Assembly: GCA_963820525.1 (NCBI GenBank)
Contig: CAWGAA010000001.1
Span: forward strand, 2,112,001-2,176,000
Direction: 5' to 3'
Source of the DNA: an uncultured Spirochaetota bacterium
GTDB lineage: Bacteria > Spirochaetota > Spirochaetia > SZUA-6 > Fen-1364
DNA length: 64,000 nt
Below the pieces are notes generated by a model. The model worked only from the letters and a program-made list of their open reading frames with translations. It had not been told where the DNA came from and ran no database searches. This document shows, piece by piece, positions 19,407-30,557 of the stretch (its first letter is position 1; each line of letters opens with the position of its first letter). Made by a program: the position numbers and the translations under genes.

Positions 19407-19925
19407 AGATTTTCTCCTTATCATAGTCTACTATACCTCCGGCAGAATGGACAACGTAGGCTCCCTCCTCCTTTCTCCCATACAGATGTGCCCGCTGAAC
19501 CACTTCCTTTGTAATAAATTGCCCTCCTCTCTGCATCCGCACGGGGCATCAGCCAAGCCCCCAAGGTCGAGTGGTATCAAAAGTGGTAAACGCCGTGGAG
19601 AGCCCGATCCGTTGTTTGCCCTATGGCACAAACGACAGCCTGGTGGTTCTGGAACACCCCGGGCGCACTTCAACTCCTCTCTAAGGATGCGGCGAGAGGT
19701 TCCCGAGTCCAACGGACGTCCGGACATTCTCAGAAGCTTGCGGAGGCAAGGTGCGGCTCTTGAAGCTTGCCGAGCTTCTGATAGAATGGATCCGGAAGCT
19801 GGTTCTCGGCAGGGAACGCTCTCTCCTAGAACGCGTTTGCTTGAAGCTGGTCCGAGGTAGCATGGCTCGCTAACGTGAGGAAAACCGGCATCGACCCGCG
19901 GCTCGATATTTGGGGAGGATAGCAG

Positions 19926-20231
19926 ATGGTGAACCCGGTCCTCAAGACCAATGATGCAACCTTAGCGGCATTCTGCCTCAAGCATCACATCCAACGCCTC
20001 TCTTTGTTCGGATCTCAGCTCGGAGGCAGCGCGCAGCCAGACAGCGATATTGACATCCTAGTTGAATTCGATCCTGGAGATGAGCCGGGTCTCCTCGGTC
20101 TGGCTGAAATGGAAGCTGAGCTATCAGCCTTGCTCGATGGGCGGCCTGTTGATATGCGCACGCCTAGAGATCTTAGCCGCTACTTCAGGGACGAAGTAAT
20201 GCGGACCTCAGAGGTCCAGTATGCGCGCTGA
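19926..20231 (+). CDS. Minimal nucleotidyltransferase (MNT) antitoxin
   Basis: LFGS......[10 protein letters not shown] and GRPVD motifs; RBS GGAGG. Confidence 0.9.
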   Translation: MVNPVLKTNDATLAAFCLKHHIQRLSLFGSQLGGSAQPDSDIDILVEFDPGDEPGLLGLAEMEAELSALLDGRPVDMRTPRDLSRYFRDEVMRTSEVQYAR

Positions 20232-20497
20232 TGACCGCGTGCGCATCCTGCACATGATCGACGCCGCGGAATCTCTGGAGCAATTCACCACCGGAAGAGA
20301 GCGCGCTGACCTGGAGTCCGATCGCATGCAGCTGTTCGCCATAATCCGGGCCATTGAGGTAATAGGGGAAGCGGGCAGCAAGGAACAGGCTGATCCACGG
20401 CTACTTTGATGTTGATTCGGACGTTGTCTGGAAGACGGTCACTGAAGAAATCCCGGCACTTCTGCGCTCTCTAAAGGCTCTTGTCGAGAATCACTAA
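20221..20497 (+). pseudogene. HEPN (DUF86/HepT-like) toxin with an internal deletion and frameshift
   Basis: First half ...AIIRAIEVIGEAGSK; second half in another frame RNRLIHGYFDVDSDVVWKTV...VENH*. The usual ~20-aa linker between these motifs is missing. Confidence 0.82.
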
Positions 20498-20840
20498 AGC
20501 GTCGAGCGCAGCACGACAGAATGACTATCTCTTCCTGAGCATCGGCGGGCAGTCCTCGCCGGGCATCCTCGCGCCTATCTTGGGGGATTTGTGCGATGGC
20601 ATTCAGTCAGGAGCTTACCTCAGCATCTCATGTCTATGTGCAACTCAACGGCTGCCAACAGCCATATCGAGTATATGTTCCTTCCATTGCTCTTCTGTCG
20701 ATAATGGCCCGCAAACTCGAAAAGCAAGGTGGGAATCAAGCGACCTTGAATGGCGCGTGTCTGTCTCTTGCCGATCCGGCATGTTCAAGATGGATCCAGC
20801 GAGGGAGACAGTGTCCTCTATGGTCGAGACCGTTGGGAGT

Positions 20841-20882
20841 GTTAGCCACCCTGTCGCTGGTTCGAGTCCGTCCGGGGGAGCA
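20841..20882 (+). other. Degenerate 3' half of a tRNA-Asn(GTT)-like gene (probable att-site relic)
   Basis: GTTAGCCACCCTGTCGCTGGTTCGAGTCCGTCCGGGGGAGCA: starts at an anticodon-like GTT, has T-loop TTCGAGT and a 3' acceptor strand. No D-arm or 5' acceptor strand upstream. Confidence 0.7.
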
Positions 20883-20923
20883 GGATCGGACAGGCAGTTG
20901 AGATGTTCTCAACTGCCTGTTTT
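20874..20923 (+). repeat. Right copy of the 46-bp inverted repeat; hairpin plus T-run resembles an intrinsic terminator
   Basis: GGGGGAGCAGGATCGGACAGGCAGTTGAGATGTTCTCAACTGCCTG followed by TTTT. Confidence 0.95.
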
Positions 20924-20986
20924 CTCGAACTTCGGTATCAATCGCAGGCGCGACGCCCAGAGGCGCCTCACCGCTTGAGCTTTTTT

Positions 20987-22588
20987 TCAGCTCTCCAGGA
21001 TCCTGGCTGCGTCCTCCTGGAAGGCGTCCATGACATAGGTGATCCCGCTCACCTTGGCCGCCTCCTCGGTGAGGGCGACGATATCGCTCCTGTTCACCGA
21101 ATCCAGGCGGAAGCTTCGGGCCCCGGCCATGAACTGGGTAAGACCCGTGCGCAGCTTGTCCACCAGTGTGTAGATGGCCACCGCTCCCAGGGGCAGGCGC
21201 GATGCGTCCTTTCCGAACCTTTCCTGGATGGCTGACCAGCCCGCGAATATCTGCTCCGGGGTGGTTCCGAACTGGCTCACCGTGTTGGGGAGGTTTTCCC
21301 AGTTCCTGCCCGCCTTCTTGGCCAGGACATCGGAGATGTTGTCGCCCACGAACCCGGGGATCATCAGGGCGCGGCCCATGCACACCGCCTTGAAGTATGG
21401 AGCGCCCATTGCGATGGCCTTGAAGATGTGATCCTCTGTGGAGAATCCGCCCGCCATGGCGAGGTCGGGAATCCACTTGCCGCGCGTGGCAAGCTTTTGG
21501 GCGCACTGGTACGCCATCGATTGCAGATAGAATGTCGGGATGCCCCACTCCTCCATCATCCTCCAGGGGCTCATGCCCGTTCCGCCGCCGGCCCCGTCGA
21601 TGGTGACCAGGTCCACCCGTGCCTCGGCGGACCACTTGATGGCCATGGCCAGCTCTCGCATCCCATAGGCCCCGGTCTTCAGGGTCACCCGCTCCGCGCC
21701 GACGGCGCGGCGGAGGTACTCGACCCTGCGGAGGAACTCCTCCTCGTCCACGAACCCCAGGCGGGAATGCCGCTCGAACTCCTTGATCCCCCCGTTCTTG
21801 AACGCGGTTTGAACGGCGGCGTTGGAGGGGTTGGGGGTGACGATATACCCGCGTCTCTGGAGCTCGATGGCCCTGTCCAGCTCGCGGATCTTGATCTCCC
21901 CGCCGATGCACTTGGCCCCCTGTCCCCACTTCAGCTCGATGGACTTCACGCCGAGCTTCTCCACGACGTACTCCGCCACGCCCAGCCGAGCGTCCTCCAC
22001 GTTGAGCTGCACGATGATATCGCCGAACTTGTCCTGCCATTCCTTGTAGATCTTGACCCTGCGCTCCATCTCGGGAGAGTGCGACACCTTTCCCTTGTCG
22101 TTGACCTTGAGCCCTGGATCTATTCCGCACACGTTCTCGCCGATGACCACGGTGATGCCGGAGATGGCGGCGCCCGCAGCGTAGCTCTCCCAATGCTTTC
22201 TGGCGATGTCCGTGGAGCCGAGGGCCCCCGTGAAGATGGGCATCTTCATTCTGACGGGATGGTTGTGGCCGTAGACGGTGGAGGTGTCCACATCGGGAAA
22301 GATCGCCTTGTCCGGGTTGGCCTCATCGATCGCCTTGGCGCCCAGGGCATATCCCATGATGTTGAGGTGGGAGTAATCGACGGGATATTCCTTGTCGCCG
22401 CCGGCCGTGATCGAGCCGAAGGGACCGGGATAGATCACCTCGCGGCCGCGCAGCGAGGCACGGAATATGTCGCAGTTGCCCGTGCAGTCGTCCATGCATC
22501 TGGTGCAGATGCCGGAGAACGGAGCGACATCCCGGGAGCGGTTTTTCGTGGAAATGGCATCATTTTGACCTGGTTGCTGTAGATTCAT
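20987..22588 (-). CDS. FMN-binding glutamate synthase family protein (stand-alone synthase domain)
   Basis: N-terminal CTRCMDDCTGNC; ELKWGQGAKCIGGE; TLKTGAY; TIDGAGGGTGMSP; AGG; MGR. Confidence 0.9.
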   Translation of the reverse strand: MNLQQPGQNDAISTKNRSRDVAPFSGICTRCMDDCTGNCDIFRASLRGREVIYPGPFGSITAGGDKEYPVDYSHLNIMGYALGAKAIDEANPDKAIFPDVDTSTVYGHNHPVRMKMPIFTGALGSTDIARKHWESYAAGAAISGITVVIGENVCGIDPGLKVNDKGKVSHSPEMERRVKIYKEWQDKFGDIIVQLNVEDARLGVAEYVVEKLGVKSIELKWGQGAKCIGGEIKIRELDRAIELQRRGYIVTPNPSNAAVQTAFKNGGIKEFERHSRLGFVDEEEFLRRVEYLRRAVGAERVTLKTGAYGMRELAMAIKWSAEARVDLVTIDGAGGGTGMSPWRMMEEWGIPTFYLQSMAYQCAQKLATRGKWIPDLAMAGGFSTEDHIFKAIAMGAPYFKAVCMGRALMIPGFVGDNISDVLAKKAGRNWENLPNTVSQFGTTPEQIFAGWSAIQERFGKDASRLPLGAVAIYTLVDKLRTGLTQFMAGARSFRLDSVNRSDIVALTEEAAKVSGITYVMDAFQEDAARILES

Positions 22589-22684
22589 AAATATTCCTCC
22601 TATGAATAATATTGCATGAGTGATAAGTCAAATCTCCAATTTTGTCAATTACGGCAATGAGACGGAAATGAGACGCCACAAAGG

Positions 22685-23224
22685 CTATTCGGTGGGCCCG
22701 GCCCCCTTCACCTGTTCCTTGTAGAGGGCCCGGATCTCGTTGAGGATGGCGATGTAGGCAGGGCTTCGATAGTCGGGGTAGGTCCACTCCACTGCACGGA
22801 AGCTCCCCCCCTGGTAGAGGAGGGTCACCTCGGCGTAGATGCCCTGGGAGAGGGGAATGCGATGAGAACCGTCCTTCGTCGTGGCAAGGGAGAAACGACT
22901 GAGGCAGAGGAGGCCTGGATCGAGGTTGACCTTCCGCATGCCCTCCTCGCGGCGGCCATCCTCCAGGGCGTTGGTGGCTATCTTGATCCCGGCGAGGATG
23001 GAGGGGTCGACGAGCCTTTGGAAGGAGACGAACAACCGCTGGATCCCCTCGCCCATCTCCTGGTCGTAGTAGTGAGTGTAGGTGAAAGTAAGGGGTGCGC
23101 TCACGAAGTCCGCGGGACCGAAGGAGTGGACAAGCTCCTGGATGATCTCGTCCTTTTCATCGATTCTGCTCGTGAGAATTGCGATGACGAGCTTCTCCGG
23201 AAGAAATCGAGCGGGGGTTCCCAT
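22685..23224 (-). CDS. DUF4416 family protein
   Basis: YY..EMG, R.VNLDPG, LATTK...HRIPL..GIYAE, WTYPDY motifs. Confidence 0.85.
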   Translation of the reverse strand: MGTPARFLPEKLVIAILTSRIDEKDEIIQELVHSFGPADFVSAPLTFTYTHYYDQEMGEGIQRLFVSFQRLVDPSILAGIKIATNALEDGRREEGMRKVNLDPGLLCLSRFSLATTKDGSHRIPLSQGIYAEVTLLYQGGSFRAVEWTYPDYRSPAYIAILNEIRALYKEQVKGAGPTE

Positions 23225-23262
23225 TGCGATCCGGCTTGAGTTTACCCTATAATCTCCTGTTA

Positions 23263-24678
23263 ATGGAAGGTTTCGAGGAGTTCCAGCGCAGGCTTGAAGG
23301 CTCCCTCGAGTCCCGGCGGGCGTACCTCGACACCCAGAGGCTGCCCCAGCTCAAGGAGTCTTTCAGAACGCTGCAGACCCAGGTCGAGGGGCTGCTCAAC
23401 ATCCTCACGAGAAAGGGCCTCCTGCGCGAGGATCCCTACAAATACAGCCAGAGGATATCGGAGATCGAAGCCCCTGCCGACGATCCGTTTCCGGAATCCG
23501 AGAAGACCGACGAGATGAGCTACCGGCTGTCCGGCTACAGGACCCAGCTGGACCACCTGAATACATACTACCAGTTCAGCGTCGCATTCTTCGACCTGCC
23601 GCGCCTGAAACGGCTCTCCGCTTTCCTGAGCTACATCCCGTGGAGATCCCTCTCGGAAACCGCCAAGAGCCCCACCACCCGCGCCCTCTCCCAGTTCCTG
23701 GGAAAGATCCGCGCGGGAAGCGACACCATGGCGGCCAGTATCGTGAAGGACTCGCTCATCCAGATGGAGAAGGTCGTCTCGCTGATCACCTCCTCCCTCG
23801 CCGAAGTCGTCTCCTTTCACAGGGAGTCGTTCAAATGCGAGCTGCGAAAGAAGGTCCTCCCCCACGTGGAGGCGAACGCGGAGGCGGTTTCGGCCAGGCG
23901 CGACGAGGTGATGCGCGCCGTCAAGCGAACGTTCGCTCAAGCGCTGCCGGGACAGCCGTACTACCCCGAGCTGGTGGAAGAGGTCCTCGAGGAGGATTTC
24001 GGGCCGGACGCCGAAAGCCTGCGGCAGAAGCTGCTGGATGCCCTCGCCGTGAAGGAACAGAAGAGAGAGGAAATAAAAAAGAAGGAAGACGTGCCGCACA
24101 AGGAGCTCCTCCTGGAGGCCGTGAGCGCGCTCTCCCGCATCGCCCCCGACCTCGGCTCCGCCGTGCTCAGCCTGGCGGACAACCAGGCGGTGATCTCCGC
24201 CCGGCGGCGCAGCCTCGGAGAGCGGATCCGCCAATGGCTTGAGCGCAGAGTATCCGGAAGACGGGAGGAGCAGGTCTACGAGGTGGAGTATTTCGAGGGC
24301 GATGACGCGGCGCCCAGGAGCGAGAAGATCAGCTTCATCCCGTTCGTCGATGGCCTGCGGAAAAAGAATACCCTTCTCAGCTCCCTGGCCAACCGCGCAA
24401 GCGGGGCGTACCAGAAAATGGAAGCGACGGGGGAGGACGCGCTCCTGGAGTTCGTGAGCAGGCAGCTGGCGGAGCTGAACCTCATCTATCGCAGGATGGG
24501 AGGGCTCGCCACCTACTTCCAGAGCGAGGTGAGCCGGGAGCAGAGACAGCGCCTGAAGGGGATCAAGATCGAGCTCACCGCGATCAAGAACGGCATCGTC
24601 AAGGCCAACCAGAAAAAGCACGAGTACGTCTCACGCAAAGAGGAAGAGGAGCAGATGAGGCGCCTGGGCATCCATTGA
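23263..24678 (+). CDS. Hypothetical helical protein
   Basis: Long ORF with normal codon usage and charged coiled-coil character; start placed at MEGFEE. Confidence 0.8.
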   Translation: MEGFEEFQRRLEGSLESRRAYLDTQRLPQLKESFRTLQTQVEGLLNILTRKGLLREDPYKYSQRISEIEAPADDPFPESEKTDEMSYRLSGYRTQLDHLNTYYQFSVAFFDLPRLKRLSAFLSYIPWRSLSETAKSPTTRALSQFLGKIRAGSDTMAASIVKDSLIQMEKVVSLITSSLAEVVSFHRESFKCELRKKVLPHVEANAEAVSARRDEVMRAVKRTFAQALPGQPYYPELVEEVLEEDFGPDAESLRQKLLDALAVKEQKREEIKKKEDVPHKELLLEAVSALSRIAPDLGSAVLSLADNQAVISARRRSLGERIRQWLERRVSGRREEQVYEVEYFEGDDAAPRSEKISFIPFVDGLRKKNTLLSSLANRASGAYQKMEATGEDALLEFVSRQLAELNLIYRRMGGLATYFQSEVSREQRQRLKGIKIELTAIKNGIVKANQKKHEYVSRKEEEEQMRRLGIH

Positions 24679-24714
24679 CCCTGCCGCAGCCGGATTGTCG
24701 ACCATGAGGGTGAT

Positions 24715-25401
24715 GTGAGCGACTCGTACTTCCGCGAGATCCTCGGCGTGGAACCGCGGGCCTCGCGAGACGACATCAAGCGGGCCTACCACAGGCTCGT
24801 GATGGAGAATCATCCCGATCGCTTCCCGCCGGAGAAAAAGCCGGTTCAGGAGCTGGCCATGATAACCCTGAACGAGGCGTACGGCTTTCTCATGAGCTGG
24901 GTGGACTCGGAGGCTCGAAGTGAAGCGGGCCGGAGCGCCGGGACGAGCGAGCCCGTCTCCCGCCGCTCGAAGCCGGCGGGCCGGACGCGCGCGGGGAGGA
25001 GCTCCGCGGCCCCGGCAAGCGCCGGGCAGGGCGCTCCCCCGGGCGGGCAAAGCGCCCCTGCCCCGCGCCCCGGGGTGACCCATCCCAAGGATCCCTCCTA
25101 CGCGTACTACAAGCAGGGATTCATAAACTTCTCCGTGGCCCTCCATGGAATCGCGGAGATGAACAGGAAGATCGCCTCCCAGAAATCAACAGCCTTCAAG
25201 CCGTACCGCGTCGCGCAGGACTTCGCCAACAGCCTCTCACTTCTGGCCGCCGCCCACGCCTACTTCCTGCGGGTGGTGGAAGAGTACTCAGCCAGCGTCT
25301 GGTGCGCGGACGCGCAGGCGAAGCTCAAGCGCATCGAGCGCTTCACCAAGCTCTACAGGAAGATCCTGGCCAACATGAGCGCGAGATATCGAAGGCGGTA
25401 G
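24715..25401 (+). CDS. J-domain (DnaJ-like) protein
   Basis: ILGV...AS.DDIKRAYH.L...NHPDR...LNEAY; Pro/Ala/Gly-rich linker; helical C-terminal domain. Confidence 0.88.
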   Translation: MSDSYFREILGVEPRASRDDIKRAYHRLVMENHPDRFPPEKKPVQELAMITLNEAYGFLMSWVDSEARSEAGRSAGTSEPVSRRSKPAGRTRAGRSSAAPASAGQGAPPGGQSAPAPRPGVTHPKDPSYAYYKQGFINFSVALHGIAEMNRKIASQKSTAFKPYRVAQDFANSLSLLAAAHAYFLRVVEEYSASVWCADAQAKLKRIERFTKLYRKILANMSARYRRR

Positions 25402-25405
25402 GCGG

Positions 25406-27337
25406 CTAGACCCTGTATGTGCCCAGGACGCGCAGGTCTTCGGTCACGCCGGAAAGCTCCTGAACGGACCGGGAAAACACGGTGAGATCCGCGGGAAGAT
25501 CCACGTCCACGTAGAACAGGTATTCCCAGGGCTTTCCCATGATGGGGCGCGACTCCAGCTTCTTCATGTTCAGGCCGTGCGCGGCGATCACCTCCAGCGC
25601 CTTGAACAGGGAACCGGGCGTGTCCGCCACGGCGAAGCAGAAGGAGGCCTTGTTGGGGCCCCCGGGGGAAGCGCCGACGGACTGCGGCGGGGCTCCCAGC
25701 TCTTCGCGGCAGATCACCACGAAGCGGGTGTAGTTTTGCACGTCGGTCTCGATGCCCGCCTTGAGCACGGCAAGTCCGTAGACGCGCGCGGCCTCCTCGC
25801 TGGCGATGGCCGCGTTCTCCTTGGATCGGGTCTCCGCCACGAAGCGCACGGCGCCCGCCGTGTCGTAGTAGAAGTGGCGCTCCCACTGCGGATGCGCATC
25901 CAGGAGCTTGGCGCACTGGGCCAGGCCCTGGGGATGGGAGTATACGTGCCGGATGTCGGAGAGCCGGGCATCGGCAAGGCCGATGAGGTTGTGCACGATC
26001 CTGATCTTCTGCTCGCCCACGATGTGCACGTCCGGGTATTGGAGGAGAAGGTCGTAGTTCTGGTGGATGGAGCCCGTGAGGGAGTTCTCCACGGGAACCA
26101 TCCCGTAGGCGACCTTTCCCTGGAGCACGGAATCGAAGACGTCGCGGAACTCGGGCACCGGCACGCTCTTCACATCCTCGGTGAAGTAGCGGCGCACCGC
26201 ATGCTCCCCGAAGGCCCCGCGCTCGCCCTGGAAGGCCACCGAAATCTGCCCCCCGGTGGGAAGGGCGGCGGGCATGGCGCCGCGCTCGCCGCCGAGCGCC
26301 GCAGCGGCGCGCACCTCCGGCAGCCGGGCGATCTCCTTGCCCAGAACGGGAGCCAGGGCCTCGATGTCCCTCATGAGCTTCTCGAACTGCTCGGGATACA
26401 GCGACTGGGGTCCGTCGGATAGGGCCCGATCGGGGTCGGGGTGGACCTCCACGGTGATCCCATCCGCCCCCGCCGCCACGGCTGCCAGCGCCATGGGGCT
26501 CACTTTGTCCCGCAGGCCCGTGCCGTGACTGGGGTCGACGATGATGGGGAGGTGGCTGAGCTTCTTCACCACGGGGATCGCGGAGAGGTCGAGTGTGTTT
26601 CGCGTGGAGGTCTCGAAAGTCCTGATCCCCCTCTCGCAGAGGATGACCCAGTCGGTGCCGGCCGCCAGGAGGTACTCGGCGGACATGAGAAGGTCCTGGA
26701 TCGTCGCCGCCAGTCCCCGCTTGAGGAGCACGGGCTTTCCCAGGGAGCCGACGCGCTTCAAGAGCTCGAAGTTCTGCATGTTTCGCGCGCCGATCTGAAG
26801 CACGTCCACGTAGTCCCGCATGAGGGAGGCGTGCTCGGGAGTGACGATCTCGGAAACCACCGGCATCCCGTATTTCTCACCGGCTTCCTTGAGGTAGCCG
26901 AGGCCTTCCTCTCCAAGGCCCTGGAAGGCGTAGGGAGAGGTTCGGGGCTTGTAGGCGCCCCCGCGGAAGAGCACGGCGCCGGACTCCCTCACCCGCCGGG
27001 CGCACTCCATGACCTGCTCGCGGGACTCCACGGCGCAGGGTCCGGCGATCACCACCACCCGCAGGCCCCCGATGCGGACCGGTCCCACGGGGATGACCGT
27101 GTCCTCTTTTCTGAACTCGCGCGAGGCCAGCTTGTAGGGCGAGCTGATGGGGATGACGCGCGCCACGCCGGGGAGAAGCTCCACCTCCCGGGCGTCGATG
27201 CCGACGATGCCCACGGCGCCGAGGATCGTCTCCTCTTCCCCGACGATCTCCCGGATGGTGAAGCCCTTGGAGGTGAGGAATTCCCTCACCCTGTTTTTAT
27301 CCTGCTCGCGGATCGAGCGGTCGAGAACGATGATCAT
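25406..27337 (-). CDS. aroF: DAHP synthase (type I-beta) fused to prephenate dehydratase + ACT domain
   Basis: [34 protein letters not shown]. Then [37 protein letters not shown]. Confidence 0.93.
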   Translation of the reverse strand: MIIVLDRSIREQDKNRVREFLTSKGFTIREIVGEEETILGAVGIVGIDAREVELLPGVARVIPISSPYKLASREFRKEDTVIPVGPVRIGGLRVVVIAGPCAVESREQVMECARRVRESGAVLFRGGAYKPRTSPYAFQGLGEEGLGYLKEAGEKYGMPVVSEIVTPEHASLMRDYVDVLQIGARNMQNFELLKRVGSLGKPVLLKRGLAATIQDLLMSAEYLLAAGTDWVILCERGIRTFETSTRNTLDLSAIPVVKKLSHLPIIVDPSHGTGLRDKVSPMALAAVAAGADGITVEVHPDPDRALSDGPQSLYPEQFEKLMRDIEALAPVLGKEIARLPEVRAAAALGGERGAMPAALPTGGQISVAFQGERGAFGEHAVRRYFTEDVKSVPVPEFRDVFDSVLQGKVAYGMVPVENSLTGSIHQNYDLLLQYPDVHIVGEQKIRIVHNLIGLADARLSDIRHVYSHPQGLAQCAKLLDAHPQWERHFYYDTAGAVRFVAETRSKENAAIASEEAARVYGLAVLKAGIETDVQNYTRFVVICREELGAPPQSVGASPGGPNKASFCFAVADTPGSLFKALEVIAAHGLNMKKLESRPIMGKPWEYLFYVDVDLPADLTVFSRSVQELSGVTEDLRVLGTYRV

Positions 27338-27343
27338 CCTGGA

Positions 27344-28390
27344 TTACCTGTCCGAGAATACGCTCACGCGGTTTCTGCCGCGCTCCTTCGATTGGTAGAG
27401 GGCCTTGTCCGCAGAGCGAACGATCTCCGAGGGCGCGTAGTCCGCCTCGGGATCGAACTGGGTGACCCCCACGGATATCGTGACGTGAAGCGGCTCGGCG
27501 TCGCTGGGAAAGGCGAAGCCCCCGATGACCTTCCGCAGGCGCTCCGCCACCACGACCGCCCCCTTGGCGTCCACCTCGGGCAGGATTACCGCGAACTCCT
27601 CCCCTCCGTAGCGGGCGGGAAGGTCTACCTGCCGGATCGAGCGGGTGAGAAGCCTCGCCACCTCCTTGATGATGCAGTCTCCCTGGAGGTGGCCATAGCT
27701 GTCATTGAAATCCTTGAAATGGTCGATGTCGAACATGACGAGGCTGAAGGTGGACTTGTAGCGCCGGCCCCTCTCCATCTCCTCTTCCAGCATCTTCTCG
27801 AAGAAGTGGTGCGAGTACAGCCCCGTCATGCGGTCCGTGGTTGCCTGCCGGAAAAGCGTGGAGTTCTCGATGGCGATGGCGGCAAAACGGATCACCCGGG
27901 TGATGTACTGGATCTCCAGCAGGCCATAGGGCTGGCCCGTCCCGCTCTTGGGCAACAGGAGGATCCCGAACACGCCCTTGTCGGTTCGAAGCGGGGCGAT
28001 GAGATCGACGGCCAGCCCGGAAAGCTTCTCGAGGATCTCCTTGTCCGGAAAGGAATCCTTGAGAAACGAGAAGGAGATCTGGGCGTACTCGTCCTTGTTC
28101 AGAAACGCGAAGAGGGGAAGCAGGGTGGACAGATCCGGCGCGACCTCCTCCTTCTTGGTGCCCCGGTAGGAGTAGACAGCGATCGCGTTTTCGTCGACAT
28201 CCTCGCGGACGACGAATGTGACGGCCTCGGGCTGAAACCTCGACACGAGGCTCAGCGCAACATTCTTGATGATGTTCTCGACATCGAGCTGCGCCGTGAC
28301 CTGCAGGGCCATCTCGAGGATCTCCTTGAGGTCCTGGTTCTCCTTCTCCAGCGAGACTTCGTGCAGCTCGTCCACCAGACCGCCGCTCAT
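27344..28390 (-). CDS. GAF-like sensor diguanylate cyclase
   Basis: TDRMTGL, DIDHFK.FND.YGH..GD, RQVD (I-site RxxD), ARYGGEEF, ADKALY.SK. Confidence 0.93.
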   Translation of the reverse strand: MSGGLVDELHEVSLEKENQDLKEILEMALQVTAQLDVENIIKNVALSLVSRFQPEAVTFVVREDVDENAIAVYSYRGTKKEEVAPDLSTLLPLFAFLNKDEYAQISFSFLKDSFPDKEILEKLSGLAVDLIAPLRTDKGVFGILLLPKSGTGQPYGLLEIQYITRVIRFAAIAIENSTLFRQATTDRMTGLYSHHFFEKMLEEEMERGRRYKSTFSLVMFDIDHFKDFNDSYGHLQGDCIIKEVARLLTRSIRQVDLPARYGGEEFAVILPEVDAKGAVVVAERLRKVIGGFAFPSDAEPLHVTISVGVTQFDPEADYAPSEIVRSADKALYQSKERGRNRVSVFSDR

Positions 28391-28528
28391 TTCAGCCGGC
28401 AGTATAGCGCGGATCGTCCCGCTTGCCAAGTTTGGCGGGTGGGACGTACCGGGCGGCGCTGCCGCCATCCATGGCTCCGCCCGCCTCCGGCATCCAACGC
28501 GGCGTTCGCTTCGCGAGCCGCCGCGGGC

Positions 28529-29893
<1,365 letters not shown>

Positions 29894-29978
29894 CGATTTT
29901 GCGCTACCATAGTGCACAGCCGCTCTCATGGTCAAGTGCACCCTTGCTTTTTCCCTCGATCGAGACTATGGTCACTCA

Positions 29979-30527
29979 ATGAAGCTTCGCGTCGCCTCCC
30001 TTTCGCTCGTCCTGCTGGCAGGGCTTTTCGTCGGCTGCGCCCCCACAGTGGCTGAAAAGAAGGTCATCCAGATCACCTATACGGGCACCCTTTCCGACGG
30101 GACCGTCTTCGATACGAGAGACGAGAAATCCCCGCTCGAGTTCACCATTGGCGCGGGCAAGATCAATCCGATCATCGAAAAAGCGCTCATCGGCATGAGA
30201 GTGGGAGAGAAGAAGAAGATCGAGGTCAAGGCGGCGGACGCCTACGGCGAGTATGACAAGGATGCGGTCCAGGAAGTTCCGAAATCGCTGCTTCCGGCGG
30301 ATCTGAAGCCCGAAGCGGGGATGAGGCTCACCGCCCAGTCTCCTTCAGGACCGCTCGTCGTCAGGATAATCGAGGTCAAAGACAAATCGGTCCTCGTCGA
30401 CTTCAACCACCCCTTGGCGGGAAAAGACCTCAGCTTCGAAGTCACGGTCGTGAAAGTCAGAAACACCACCGCGGAGGAGCTCGCCCGGAGTCAGACCCCG
30501 GCCGGACAGCCGCTTGAAAAGAAGTAG
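29979..30527 (+). CDS. FKBP-type peptidyl-prolyl isomerase (SlyD-like) with a lipoprotein-like signal peptide
   Basis: Y.GTL.DG.VFD, AYG, VDFNHPLAGKDLSF. N-terminal MKLR + hydrophobic stretch + FVGC. Confidence 0.88.
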   Translation: MKLRVASLSLVLLAGLFVGCAPTVAEKKVIQITYTGTLSDGTVFDTRDEKSPLEFTIGAGKINPIIEKALIGMRVGEKKKIEVKAADAYGEYDKDAVQEVPKSLLPADLKPEAGMRLTAQSPSGPLVVRIIEVKDKSVLVDFNHPLAGKDLSFEVTVVKVRNTTAEELARSQTPAGQPLEKK

Positions 30528-30557
30528 GTCCCGCCGGGGCTCTGCCAGGAGCAAACA

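Larger units (their letters stand above)
11492..20919. mobile_element. Decaying accessory/genomic island; no integrase seen in window
   Basis: Bounded by the 46-bp repeat and a tRNA-Asn-like 3' half. Mostly lower GC than the flanks by eye; contains TA modules, a primase-helicase and several pseudogenes. Confidence 0.7.

Noticed and set aside
19430..19900. ORFs or ncRNA in the gap between the two TA modules (also 13650-14090 and 20500-20840)
   Set aside because: No recognisable motif, RBS-supported ORF or convincing RNA structure; probably decayed sequence.
12812..20805. Similar short motifs ATGTTTAAAACAGATCCAGCG (about 12813) and ATGTTCAAGATGGATCCAGCG (about 20781); AGAGGCGC outside both island ends
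   Set aside because: Short, imperfect or not flush with the boundaries; could be chance.
20800..20882. Intact tRNA gene
   Set aside because: Only the 3' half is recognisable; the T-stem has a mismatch and there is no D-arm or 5' acceptor strand.
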